Shown piece by piece: positions 1-8,787 of a DNA stretch of 41,329 nucleotides. The notes below the pieces were generated by a model that was not told the origin of the DNA, did no database searches, and saw only the letters and a program-made list of their open reading frames with translations. Positions within the stretch are counted from its first letter, which is position 1, and every line of letters starts with the position of its first letter. The stretch is from positions 1-41,329 of the forward strand of contig JARRQT010000008.1 of NCBI GenBank assembly GCA_037381445.1, in the 5' to 3' direction. This stretch comes from Calditrichia bacterium. Lineage in GTDB: Bacteria; Calditrichota; Calditrichia; RBG-13-44-9. A program made the translations under genes and the position numbers.

Positions 1-1200
1 GATGGGGGCGGCGGTAAGCTGGTCGTGCAGCTCCTGCTTATAGGAATCGAAATCCGCTTTGGGGTCCATCACCACCATAAAGCTGTTTTCGGCGTTTCGG
101 GTGACGGCAAATTTCCCATTTTGCGTCTCTCCCCGCACGAAATTCAGTTCCACTTTCCTGTCCGACATGTTGATGTATTTCTGCAGCTCGCCGGCCGTCC
201 GGGTCTGCAGGTCGGGATAGCGGTGCAGCGAATCCAGCAGGGCAGGAGCGAATTGCTCAAAAAGCCTCGGTTTGTAAACAGTGATCCCCACGGTAGGTGA
301 ATTGCTTTCCAGCGTGGCGGATCTGAATTCATTCTGTGACAGCATGTTGCGGTCGACATTCAAAATAACGGTGGTTGCTCCCTTCTGAATGCCGACGGTG
401 GAATATTTCCCGCTGGCCACGGGAGACTGCAGGTAATTATTCAGCGCGTAGCCGAAAAGCGAAAACAGAACGATAAGGATCGCAGCGCGTTTTACCGCGG
501 TCTTTTTCATGGCATGGTAGAGGAGCACCACCGGGCTGTAGATGATCTCGAAGGCGTTGGCCAGGGTCTGAATAATGTTGGTCTGATTGGCCTTCTCTTT
601 CTTTTCCAGGCGTTCCGGCTCTTTGTAGAAGAACAGGGTGGGGATCAGCATGGCGGCCGTGCCGATGGCGGCGGCGATAATCACGTAGCTCCAGTTCATC
701 TTTTTCAGGACGGGGACCAGGATCAGGGGGAAGAGGAAAGCGCCCAGGTTGATGGACCAGTAATAGATCCCGAAGCCCAGCGTGCTGTTTTTTTCATCGG
801 TGACCCTGGCAATGGTGCCGGAAATGATCGGTTTGAAGGTGCCGGCGCCGAATCCCATCACGACCAGCGCCCCGAACACCAGCGCGTAATCGGTGGCCTG
901 CGCGGTCAGGAAATAGCCCAGTCCCAGGAACGAAAATGCAAACATCAGCATTTTGCGGTAGCCGAAGCGGTCGGCCAGCGCGCCGCTGATGATGGGAAGA
1001 AAATAGAGCAGGGGCTGAATGGTCCCCTTGATGAGGCCGACACTCTCCTTGGCGAAATGGAGGTGTTCGGTCAGGTAGACGGAAAGGATACTCATCATGC
1101 CGTAGTATGAGCCCCGTTCGAAGAATTCGAACATGATTACCAGCCAGAACATCGGCGAAAACTTCTTTACACTCTGCTGCGGTCTCTTTTCATCTGCCAT
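1..1200 (-). CDS. POT/PTR-like MFS peptide transporter, 3'-truncated by the window edge, with a large soluble insertion after the N-terminal helix bundle
   Basis: Absent from the ORF track because it has no stop in the window. Manual translation from ATG 1200 (SD-like AAGGGA upstream) is open to position 1: MADEKRPQQSVKKFSPMFWLVIMFEFFERGSYYG (ExxERxxYY POT motif), GALADRFGYRK (MFS motif A), GAGTFKP, FGIYYWSINLGAF. Confidence 0.88.
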   Translation of the reverse strand, partial: MADEKRPQQSVKKFSPMFWLVIMFEFFERGSYYGMMSILSVYLTEHLHFAKESVGLIKGTIQPLLYFLPIISGALADRFGYRKMLMFAFSFLGLGYFLTAQATDYALVFGALVVMGFGAGTFKPIISGTIARVTDEKNSTLGFGIYYWSINLGAFLFPLILVPVLKKMNWSYVIIAAAIGTAAMLIPTLFFYKEPERLEKKEKANQTNIIQTLANAFEIIYSPVVLLYHAMKKTAVKRAAILIVLFSLFGYALNNYLQSPVASGKYSTVGIQKGATTVILNVDRNMLSQNEFRSATLESNSPTVGITVYKPRLFEQFAPALLDSLHRYPDLQTRTAGELQKYINMSDRKVELNFVRGETQNGKFAVTRNAENSFMVVMDPKADFDSYKQELHDQLTAAPI

Positions 1201-1393
1201 AAAATTCCCTTCTGATAATGAATATTCCTGAAATTAACTAAAGAAATTGAAGGTAATAAGAATCCGCTGTCAAATGCAAAGCGGAAATCAATTTGCGCGG
1301 CGCGCCGCCGCCGGGGGATTTGAGGACTGCAGGGGCGTGATCTCTCCCGCTGAATTTCACGGCTATTGAATTTATGCATCCGGGAAATACGGG

Positions 1394-1435
1394 AAAATAA
1401 AAGCGCCTGCTGCCGCCGGTTCCCGGTGCGGGCGC
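1394..1435 (-). terminator. probable intrinsic terminator after the pullulanase gene
   Basis: Minus strand reads GCGCC-cgca-CCGG-gaa-CCGG-cggcagca-GGCGC followed by TTTTATTTT, just downstream of the stop at 1443. Confidence 0.5.
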
Positions 1436-1442
1436 GAGGCTG

Positions 1443-3722
1443 TCAGGGCGTACGGATGAATACCATGCCGGAGGAGGGCGGGATTTCCACCTGTGCATCC
1501 GCCAGCGGTCTCAGCGGTTTTTCCGAGGCCTGCTCCCCATCGACCAGCACCGCCCAGTTTTTGTCCTGGAAACTGAATCGCTGCGTTTTCTGCGGATTGC
1601 CATTCAGCAGAACAAAATAGCTCCTGCCCTGGTAATTCAGCCGGTAGGAGATAAATAGGGGGTCCTGCTCCCTGCGGAAATGGATCTGGTTGGGCTGTGC
1701 CCGCCGGAAAGCCGGGTGGTTTTTCCGCAGCCGGATCAGTCCGCGGTAATAATCGACCAGCTCCCGGTTCATATCGGAATAGTTGAAATTCAGCCAGTTG
1801 GTTTGGTTGTCCTTGTTGTAGGAGTTGTGATCGATTTTGTACCAGTTGGAATCGGGACTGTCCGTCTTCGCAATGACCTTGCTTCTGGCGTATTCCTGCC
1901 CTTCCGTCAGCATGGCCGGTCCCTGGGAAGTCAGCAGGAAAAGGGCCGCCAGCTTATTCAGTTTGAGCTGCCGGGGGGTGAGTTTTGCATTTTCCGCTGG
2001 ATCAGCAATTCGCTGGTTTTCCTTCACGTCCCCCAGGCCGATGCGGATAAAATCGCCCAGCGCGTAATCGTCGTGGGAGGCGAGGTAATTCACGGAATGG
2101 GCGACATCCGTATACTGCCCGCCGTAAATCCTCAGGGAACCGAGAATATAGCGCTGCAGGGAACGGACCGTGTTGTCACCCTGCCATTTCCCGAAAATGA
2201 ATCCCAGGCCGTCGCGGGGGTTCTGGCCCTTTACGCCGTTGCGGATCTGGTCATTCCAGGCCGCCCAGCCGTGGTCCGAGAATCCGGAGGGATTGTATTG
2301 TCCTCCCCACGGTTCGGCGATGATGACGGCGCCGGGATTGATTTTCCGGGCTTCCCGCAGGATGGTATCGCAGGTTTTCCAATCGATCAGCGAGGCGAGG
2401 TCGAAGCGGAATCCGTCAACATGATAGTCTTTCATCCAGTGAATGACGCTGTCCACGATCAGGCGCCGGGACATGGGGCGCTCGGTCTTCAGGTCGTTGC
2501 CGCAGCCGCTCTGCGAGGTGAATGAACCGTCATTGTTCAGGCGGAAGTAATAAAATTTATCGATATATTTCAGGGGATTATAATCGTATTGCGAGACGTG
2601 GTTGTAGACCACATCCATCAGGACCGCCATGCTGTCCTTGTGGAAGGCTTTTACCATGTCCCTGAACTCTTTCACCTGGCTGCCGTCCGCGCCGCAATAA
2701 TGGCCGGGGAGCATATCGGCGCCGGAGGCATAATAGGATTCCGGAGCGAAGAAATAGCTGGTCATGTATCCCCAGTGGTTGCGGGCATAGGGATTCCAGG
2801 TGTTGAACACCGGCGCCTCCGCGTCCCGGTAGGGCACTTCGATGTTCGCGAAATCCTGCGCCGGCAGCAGTTCCACCGCATTGACGCCCAGCGATTTGAT
2901 ATAGGGCAGTCCCCCTCTCTGGTCCGGCCGGATCAGGCTGGAATAATATCCTCTTTCGCCATCGGGCAAACCGGAGGACGGATCGGCGGTCATGTCCCGC
3001 ACATGCATTTCGTAGATGATGAGGTCCCGGGGCGCTATCGCTTTCCACTGGTCCCCGTTCCAGTCATAATTTACGGGAGGCAGGATCAGCGTTTTGGCGG
3101 GGTGGGTGTAATGGTTGAGGGTCACCACAGCCGGACTGTAGGGATCGGCCACCACCACGGTGGAATCGAACATTTCGCCCTCACCGGGCGGGCCCCATAC
3201 CCGGTAGCCGTAATATTTCCCGTACCAGGCGTTGGATGATCTATACTCCCAAACGCCGTTTTTATCCCGCTGCATTTGAAGTTCCTCCTCCGCCGGAGAA
3301 TCATAATGGTCAAAGACAACCAGGCGCACCCATTTTGCCCGCGGCGCGAACACTCTGAAATTTAAGTTTTTTCCTTCTTTGTGATATCCCAGCGCTTTAT
3401 CGGAATACAGGGAATCCAGAATGCCGTCGGGAATCAGAAACCGCCTGGTGCCGTCCGGGAATTTCAGATAATAATGTTCATTCAATTGCAGATTCTGCGC
3501 GGTGAAAAGCTCAATTTTATTGCCGTGAACGGCGAATGAATCAATTTGCGCCGGCGGCGTAATGGTCCATCGGGAAACCTCCGACGCGTCCGGTTTGCCG
3601 GCCGCCTGCACCTGAATATAGCGGGGACCGCTAATTGCCGCTTTTTGAATGGCCGGCGATTTCGAAAAACCATTTACAGAAAATGCCAGAACCAGAGCCG
3701 TAGTGAAAAACCTGAAAAGCAT
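1443..3722 (-). CDS. secreted GH13 pullulanase / glycogen-debranching-type glycosidase (CBM48 + GH13)
   Basis: N-terminal signal peptide; CBM48-like FRVFAPRA...GVW; IYEMHVRD; GH13 regions MDVVYNH, DGFRFDL (nucleophile), AEPWG (acid/base), SHDD. Confidence 0.88.
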   Translation of the reverse strand: MLFRFFTTALVLAFSVNGFSKSPAIQKAAISGPRYIQVQAAGKPDASEVSRWTITPPAQIDSFAVHGNKIELFTAQNLQLNEHYYLKFPDGTRRFLIPDGILDSLYSDKALGYHKEGKNLNFRVFAPRAKWVRLVVFDHYDSPAEEELQMQRDKNGVWEYRSSNAWYGKYYGYRVWGPPGEGEMFDSTVVVADPYSPAVVTLNHYTHPAKTLILPPVNYDWNGDQWKAIAPRDLIIYEMHVRDMTADPSSGLPDGERGYYSSLIRPDQRGGLPYIKSLGVNAVELLPAQDFANIEVPYRDAEAPVFNTWNPYARNHWGYMTSYFFAPESYYASGADMLPGHYCGADGSQVKEFRDMVKAFHKDSMAVLMDVVYNHVSQYDYNPLKYIDKFYYFRLNNDGSFTSQSGCGNDLKTERPMSRRLIVDSVIHWMKDYHVDGFRFDLASLIDWKTCDTILREARKINPGAVIIAEPWGGQYNPSGFSDHGWAAWNDQIRNGVKGQNPRDGLGFIFGKWQGDNTVRSLQRYILGSLRIYGGQYTDVAHSVNYLASHDDYALGDFIRIGLGDVKENQRIADPAENAKLTPRQLKLNKLAALFLLTSQGPAMLTEGQEYARSKVIAKTDSPDSNWYKIDHNSYNKDNQTNWLNFNYSDMNRELVDYYRGLIRLRKNHPAFRRAQPNQIHFRREQDPLFISYRLNYQGRSYFVLLNGNPQKTQRFSFQDKNWAVLVDGEQASEKPLRPLADAQVEIPPSSGMVFIRTP

Positions 3723-3799
3723 ATGGAAACCTCGGTCAGTTGAATTTGGAAGGTTAGTTTAAGAAAATGTGGACATCCGAACAAGTATAAAAGATAATA

Positions 3800-3827
3800 A
3801 TAACATGTTATGAATCGATATCGATTC
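3800..3827. promoter_or_regulatory. two abutting perfect palindromes in a divergent intergenic region (candidate operators)
   Basis: ATAACATGTTAT (3800-3811) followed immediately by GAATCGATATCGATTC (3812-3827). Confidence 0.4.
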
Positions 3828-3973
3828 TATGAAATCATCCGGCCCGGAAGGTAACCGGGGAAAGGGTTCATTCAAACCGGAAAAATGCAAAGACGGTTGG
3901 GGAACTGAATTTTAGCTGTTGCTTAAAGTAGATGAGTACCATAAATTTTCGGACTACAAAAGGGAATTATGAA

Positions 3974-5182
3974 TTGGTTGAAATTGCGATTATCATCGTA
4001 GCACTGATCCTGACATTTTATTTTTCAGGAACCGAGACGGCTTTCATATCCGTCAACCGGGTCAGAATTGAAGTCTGGCGGCGGCAGAAAATGAAAACCG
4101 CCGACATCATTGCCCGTTTCCTGCTGAAGCCCGAGCGGTTCATCTATACCACGCTGGTGGGGAACAACATCGCGAACGTGGCCTTTGCTTCCTATGCCAC
4201 GGTCTATTTCAGCCACTATCTGGACCATGAACTGACCTGGCTGGTTGTTACGGCCATCACGGTGGTTTGGGGAGAAATCATTCCCAAGACGCTTTTCCGC
4301 AGCCTGGCGGACTGGATTATCCGCAAAGTGGCACCATTGCTCCAAATGTTTTATTACATTTTCCAGCCCATGATCTGGGTGGTCAGTCATATCAGCCGCT
4401 TCCTGCTTAACTCCTTCCATTATCCGGAAAAAGAAATCTCGGACTTCTTTTCCAAAAAGGATGTGGAAATCCTGATCAGGGAAAGCCAGAATTATGTTAA
4501 TATCGATGAATCGGAAAATAAAATCCTGCGAAGTCTGCTGAATCTCCGTCTGCTGCGCGTGCGGGACGCCATGATTCCCCGCACGGAAATCATCGCTGTG
4601 CCGGAGAATACGCCGGTGGAAAATCTGATTGAGGTTTTTCAGAAATCCGGTTTCACCAAAATACCGGTTTTCAGGGAAAGCCTGGATGATATTATCGGGG
4701 TGGTGTTTTTGAAGGATATATTCACCCAGCCGGAATCCATTCAGGAAGTGCTGCGGGAAGTGATGTACGTCCCGGAAACCAAACGCAGTTCCCAGTTGCT
4801 GCGCGAATTCCGCAAGAAAAATAATACCATTGCTATCGTGATTGATGAGTACGGCGGTACCGCGGGCCTGGTAACCGGTGAAGATTTGATTGAAGAGGTA
4901 GTGGGAGAGATCATCGATGAATTTGATTCCCCCGCCATTTATATCCGGAAACGGGGGGAAAAGACCTACAGCGTGAATGCGCGTATTGAACCGGAGCAGC
5001 TCAGGGACGAGTTGGGAATAGAATTGCCCAAAGGCGATTATGATACTCTTGCCGGATTTGTGCTTTTTCAGATGGGTCATATTCCCCACCGGGATGAGTC
5101 ATTTGAATTCCGGGGCGTGAAATATGTTATCACCCGCGCCACCCGCCGCAAAGTTGAATGGGTCCGCATTATCCTGCCCTGA
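3974..5182 (+). CDS. hemolysin-family CNNM(DUF21)-CBS-CBS-CorC/HlyC protein (Mg2+/Co2+ homeostasis)
   Basis: FSGTETAF, TTLVGNNIAN, GEIIPK, AMIPRTEI, IVIDEYGGTAGLVTGEDLIEEVVGEIIDEFD, YDTLAGF. ORF is open from 3932; TTG 3974 has SD-like AGGGA 8 nt upstream. Confidence 0.92.
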   Translation: MVEIAIIIVALILTFYFSGTETAFISVNRVRIEVWRRQKMKTADIIARFLLKPERFIYTTLVGNNIANVAFASYATVYFSHYLDHELTWLVVTAITVVWGEIIPKTLFRSLADWIIRKVAPLLQMFYYIFQPMIWVVSHISRFLLNSFHYPEKEISDFFSKKDVEILIRESQNYVNIDESENKILRSLLNLRLLRVRDAMIPRTEIIAVPENTPVENLIEVFQKSGFTKIPVFRESLDDIIGVVFLKDIFTQPESIQEVLREVMYVPETKRSSQLLREFRKKNNTIAIVIDEYGGTAGLVTGEDLIEEVVGEIIDEFDSPAIYIRKRGEKTYSVNARIEPEQLRDELGIELPKGDYDTLAGFVLFQMGHIPHRDESFEFRGVKYVITRATRRKVEWVRIILP

Positions 5183-5322
5183 TTTCTAAATTTATTCCTG
5201 GTTTCGGCACTGGCCAATCCTGTTGTATTACCCTCCCGATGTTGAAATATTGCGCCATAATTGGTATTTAATCTATTTTGAATCTCCCGAACTTTTTATT
5301 ATATTTTCCAGTCTTTTAGGTT

Positions 5323-6072
5323 ATGGAAATAGTGGATTTAAAAAAACTTAATTTGCTTTTTAAACTGTGTCTGGCAGCGGGTGTCATCATATTTGCTCTG
5401 TTTCTCCGGTCAATCTGGTATAATCTGGGTGTGATTTTGCTGATGGGTTTGCTTCTACATTACCAGCGGATACGAATATTCCGGTTTCACTCCCTTTCAA
5501 AGCTGCTGGGATGGTATTTAATACTTATCTTTATTTTTAGATCATTTACAGGCTCGGGTAAAATTCTTTTTAACTTTCCTTTCGGTCTGAGGATGACCCT
5601 GGGAGGGATTACACAGGGTATATTGACAGTGGAACAGTTCCTGATGATATTTCTTTTGGTGGGAATATCTCTCTATTCTTCCAGCAAAAATGAGGTTTTT
5701 TATTATTTCAGCAAGCTTCCCGCTTTGGGAATGAAGGGTGAAAGCCCCGGCCTGCGGTTCGGAAGAATGAGCATGTTTGTTCTGTATCTCCTCCCTGAAA
5801 TATTTCAGCAGGGAAACCTGGTGAGGCGGCAATTGCAGCAGGGCAGAACGGGAGGCCGGCATATCCGCCGCCGTTTCGGACAGGTTTTCCAGGCGATGGG
5901 CGATTTTGTGGTTGAGGTGCTGAGGAAAGCGGAATTGCTTTATCCGGAATTTGTGGATAATAATAATCTTGGGGAAGCCCGGACGATCCCCGTCCTGAAT
6001 CTGAGGCATGCCTTGATTTTCAGCACATTCCTAAGTCTGCATGTGGTCTTTTTCTGGATGTGGCTCGTATGA
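5323..6072 (+). CDS. divergent EcfT/CbiQ-like membrane protein
   Basis: About 5 TM segments; MTLGGITQG, LYLLPEIFQQ (cf. lRFiP.l.ee), VLRKAELL (cf. al.rA..la); lies immediately before truA with ATGA overlap, as ecfT often does. Confidence 0.55.
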   Translation: MEIVDLKKLNLLFKLCLAAGVIIFALFLRSIWYNLGVILLMGLLLHYQRIRIFRFHSLSKLLGWYLILIFIFRSFTGSGKILFNFPFGLRMTLGGITQGILTVEQFLMIFLLVGISLYSSSKNEVFYYFSKLPALGMKGESPGLRFGRMSMFVLYLLPEIFQQGNLVRRQLQQGRTGGRHIRRRFGQVFQAMGDFVVEVLRKAELLYPEFVDNNNLGEARTIPVLNLRHALIFSTFLSLHVVFFWMWLV

Positions 6073-6809
6073 GTGAGCGGAATATTCGTTTGCTGGTCGA
6101 GTACGACGGAAGCGCTTATCACGGGTGGCAGAGTCAGGAGAATGCGCTTTCCGTGCAGGAAGTTCTGGAGCACGCCATCAAAAAATTAACGCAGGAGGAG
6201 CGAAGGGTAACGGCGGCGGGCAGGACCGATGCCGGGGTTCATGCCCGGGGGCAGGTCGTGAATTTTTTGATCAGCAAGCCGCTGCCGCTCAACAAATTTC
6301 CCATGGGACTAAATGCCCATCTTCCCGGCGACGTGGTGGTGAAGAAAGCAGAGGAAGTCCCTCTGGAATTCAATGCCCGCTTCGATGCCAGAAAGAGGGT
6401 TTACCAATATTATATGATGGCTGAACGAACCGCGATTTACAGGAATTATTGCTGGCAGTTTTTCCGGAAAATGGACCGTGAGATGCTGCAGCCGCTGGCA
6501 GAAATGCTGGTGGGAACGCACGATTTTGGCGCATTCTCGCGGCTTGAGGTCCAGAGTCCCAGCAAACGCTGCCAGGTTTATGAATCGACATGGAGAGAGG
6601 AAGGCAATTTTTTGATTTACCGGATCGTGGCAAACCGTTTTCTGCACGGCATGGTCCGCACCATTGTGGGCACCATGATTGATGTGGCAAGGGGACGCTT
6701 CACGCCGCAACAATTTGAGACAATCTTCCGTTCACAGGATCGGACGCAGGCCGGAACGGCCGCGCCTGCCCGGGGACTGTTTCTGGAGGAAGTGATTTAT
6801 CAGGAATAG
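6069..6809 (+). CDS. truA: tRNA pseudouridine(38-40) synthase TruA
   Basis: EYDGSAYHGWQSQ, AGRTDAGVHA (catalytic Asp), FNARFDA, GTHDF, FLHGMVR, TAAPARGLFL. Confidence 0.97.
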   Translation: MSERNIRLLVEYDGSAYHGWQSQENALSVQEVLEHAIKKLTQEERRVTAAGRTDAGVHARGQVVNFLISKPLPLNKFPMGLNAHLPGDVVVKKAEEVPLEFNARFDARKRVYQYYMMAERTAIYRNYCWQFFRKMDREMLQPLAEMLVGTHDFGAFSRLEVQSPSKRCQVYESTWREEGNFLIYRIVANRFLHGMVRTIVGTMIDVARGRFTPQQFETIFRSQDRTQAGTAAPARGLFLEEVIYQE

Positions 6810-6898
6810 AATTGAGGCATTGGCAGCTGCAGCATGAAAAGAGAAAAATGGAATAAAATCATAACAGGAAGCACAAGAACTCAGGAGGAAAAACAGGC

Positions 6899-7546
6899 AT
6901 GAAGTTTTTTATCGACACCGCAAATTTAGAGCAAATCCGTGAGGCCGCCGAACTGGGAATTCTGGACGGCGTGACGACCAATCCCAGCCTGCTGTCCAAA
7001 GAACCGGGAGATCCCTATGAAAATCTGAAGGAAATCTGCCGGATCGTACCCGGTCCGGTCAGCGGAGAAGTCATCGCCACGGATGTCCGGGGCATGCTGG
7101 AGGAGGCCAGGAACCTTTCCAAAATTGCGGAGAACATTGTTATTAAGCTTCCCATGACCCGGGACGGAATTAAGGCCTGCCGGGCGCTGTCTGCCGAAGG
7201 GATAAAAGTCAACCTCACGCTGGTGTTTAGTCCCACCCAGGCGCTGCTGGCCGCCAAGGCGGGCGCCACCTTTGTGAGTCCGTTTGTGGGTCGTCTGGAT
7301 GATATCAGCAGCGACGGCATGCAGCTTATCGGCCAGATTGTTCAGATTTATAATAATTATCAGTTCGATACGGAAGTGCTGGTGGCCAGTGCCCGGCATC
7401 CCATGCATGTGGCGGAGGCCGCGCTTTACGGCGCCGACATCGTGACCATGCCGTTCGACGTGATCAATAAATTGTTCAGCCATCCGTTGACGGACGTGGG
7501 TCTGGACAAGTTTTTGAAAGACTGGCAAAAAATATCAAATAAATAA
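6899..7546 (+). CDS. tal: small transaldolase (TalC/FSA family, often annotated fsa)
   Basis: [12 protein letters not shown], Schiff-base Lys in IVIKLP. Glu in SGEV and Phe in SPFVGR are the transaldolase-type residues; FSA has Gln/Tyr there. Confidence 0.93.
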   Translation: MKFFIDTANLEQIREAAELGILDGVTTNPSLLSKEPGDPYENLKEICRIVPGPVSGEVIATDVRGMLEEARNLSKIAENIVIKLPMTRDGIKACRALSAEGIKVNLTLVFSPTQALLAAKAGATFVSPFVGRLDDISSDGMQLIGQIVQIYNNYQFDTEVLVASARHPMHVAEAALYGADIVTMPFDVINKLFSHPLTDVGLDKFLKDWQKISNK

Positions 7547-7561
7547 TTAAAGGATATTTTG

Positions 7562-8782
7562 ATGTACAAAATTGGAAAAATCCAAATTTTTATTTTGGCT
7601 GTATTTGCAGCCGCTCTGCTGCTGGCCGGCTGCGGATCCGATAAAAGTGCCCGGGCGGAAGGGGAAGATTCCCTTTTTCTGTCCAGTGCCTATGCTCAGA
7701 CGGATTCCGCGAAGTTGAACCAGGCCAATCGGAATGTGATGGATTCGCGGCAAACCGCCATTACGCGGGCGGTCGCCAAAGCGGAGCCGGCTGTGGTGGG
7801 CATCAACGTCATGGCGGTGAAGCGCTATGTCAAGAAAAGTCCCTTCTATTCGCAGGACCCGCTTTGGAAAGCCATATTCCCGGAGCTTTTCCGGGACCAG
7901 GTGTATGAGCAGAAACTGCAGAGTCTCGGCAGCGGATTTATCATTTCGCCGGACGGCTATATTATCACCAATCAGCATGTGGTGGAGGATGCGCAGGAGA
8001 TTATTGCTACGCTGCCCGGAGGCGAGCGCCACAATGCGGAGCTGATCGGGACGGACAAGGTCTCCGATATCGCTCTGCTGAAGATCGATGCCCGGAATCT
8101 GCCCTATCTGGAGCTGGGTAACTCGGATGATTTGATTGTCGGTGAATGGGTCATCGCCCTGGGAAACCCTTTTGGATTATTTCAATTAAATGATCAGCCG
8201 ACGGTGACCGTGGGCGTCATCAGCGCCATTAACCGTGACTGGGGCCGAACGGAAACCGGCAGTCTTTACATGGACATGATCCAGACGGACGCCTCCATTA
8301 ATCACGGAAACAGCGGCGGTCCATTGGTAAACGCGCTGGGGCAGGTGATTGGCATGAACACTTTTATCTTTACCGGAAGCCGGTATGAGGAGGGATCGGT
8401 GGGAATCGGTTTCGCCATTCCCATAAACCGGATTCGCGAAGTGAGCGATGAAATCCGCAAAAACGGCGGCATTGACCGCAATTATTCCATCGGATTCAAG
8501 GTGCAGGATTTGAACGCGGCCATGGTCCGGGCGCTGAACCTGGATGTGAAGGAAGGCGTTATTATAAGCCAGGTGGAGCGCGGCAGTTCGGCAGACAAGG
8601 CCGGTCTGCTGTCGGAAGATATCCTTCTGGAAGTGAATGGCAAAAATATAAAGAATACGAATTCACTGCTTAACATTCTGGGCAATACCGACCTGCGGGT
8701 GGGCGATGAACTGGATTTGCTGATTCTGCGTAATAAGCAGAGAAGGAAGATTCAGATGAAACTGATAGAAAACGCGAGCTGA
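7562..8782 (+). CDS. HtrA/DegP-family serine protease, lipoprotein, single PDZ
   Basis: Lipobox LLAGC; SLGSGFII, TNQHVV (His), SDIALL (Asp), GNSGGPL (Ser); one C-terminal PDZ domain. Confidence 0.93.
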   Translation: MYKIGKIQIFILAVFAAALLLAGCGSDKSARAEGEDSLFLSSAYAQTDSAKLNQANRNVMDSRQTAITRAVAKAEPAVVGINVMAVKRYVKKSPFYSQDPLWKAIFPELFRDQVYEQKLQSLGSGFIISPDGYIITNQHVVEDAQEIIATLPGGERHNAELIGTDKVSDIALLKIDARNLPYLELGNSDDLIVGEWVIALGNPFGLFQLNDQPTVTVGVISAINRDWGRTETGSLYMDMIQTDASINHGNSGGPLVNALGQVIGMNTFIFTGSRYEEGSVGIGFAIPINRIREVSDEIRKNGGIDRNYSIGFKVQDLNAAMVRALNLDVKEGVIISQVERGSSADKAGLLSEDILLEVNGKNIKNTNSLLNILGNTDLRVGDELDLLILRNKQRRKIQMKLIENAS

Positions 8783-8787
8783 ATATT

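Noticed and set aside
25..3743. Long + strand ORFs (514-1110, 1680-2525, 2589-3239 and others)
   Set aside because: Antisense shadows of the MFS and GH13 genes with no motifs. The same applies to 4025-5089, 8752-9783, 24906-25739, 28460-29320 and 30802-31800.
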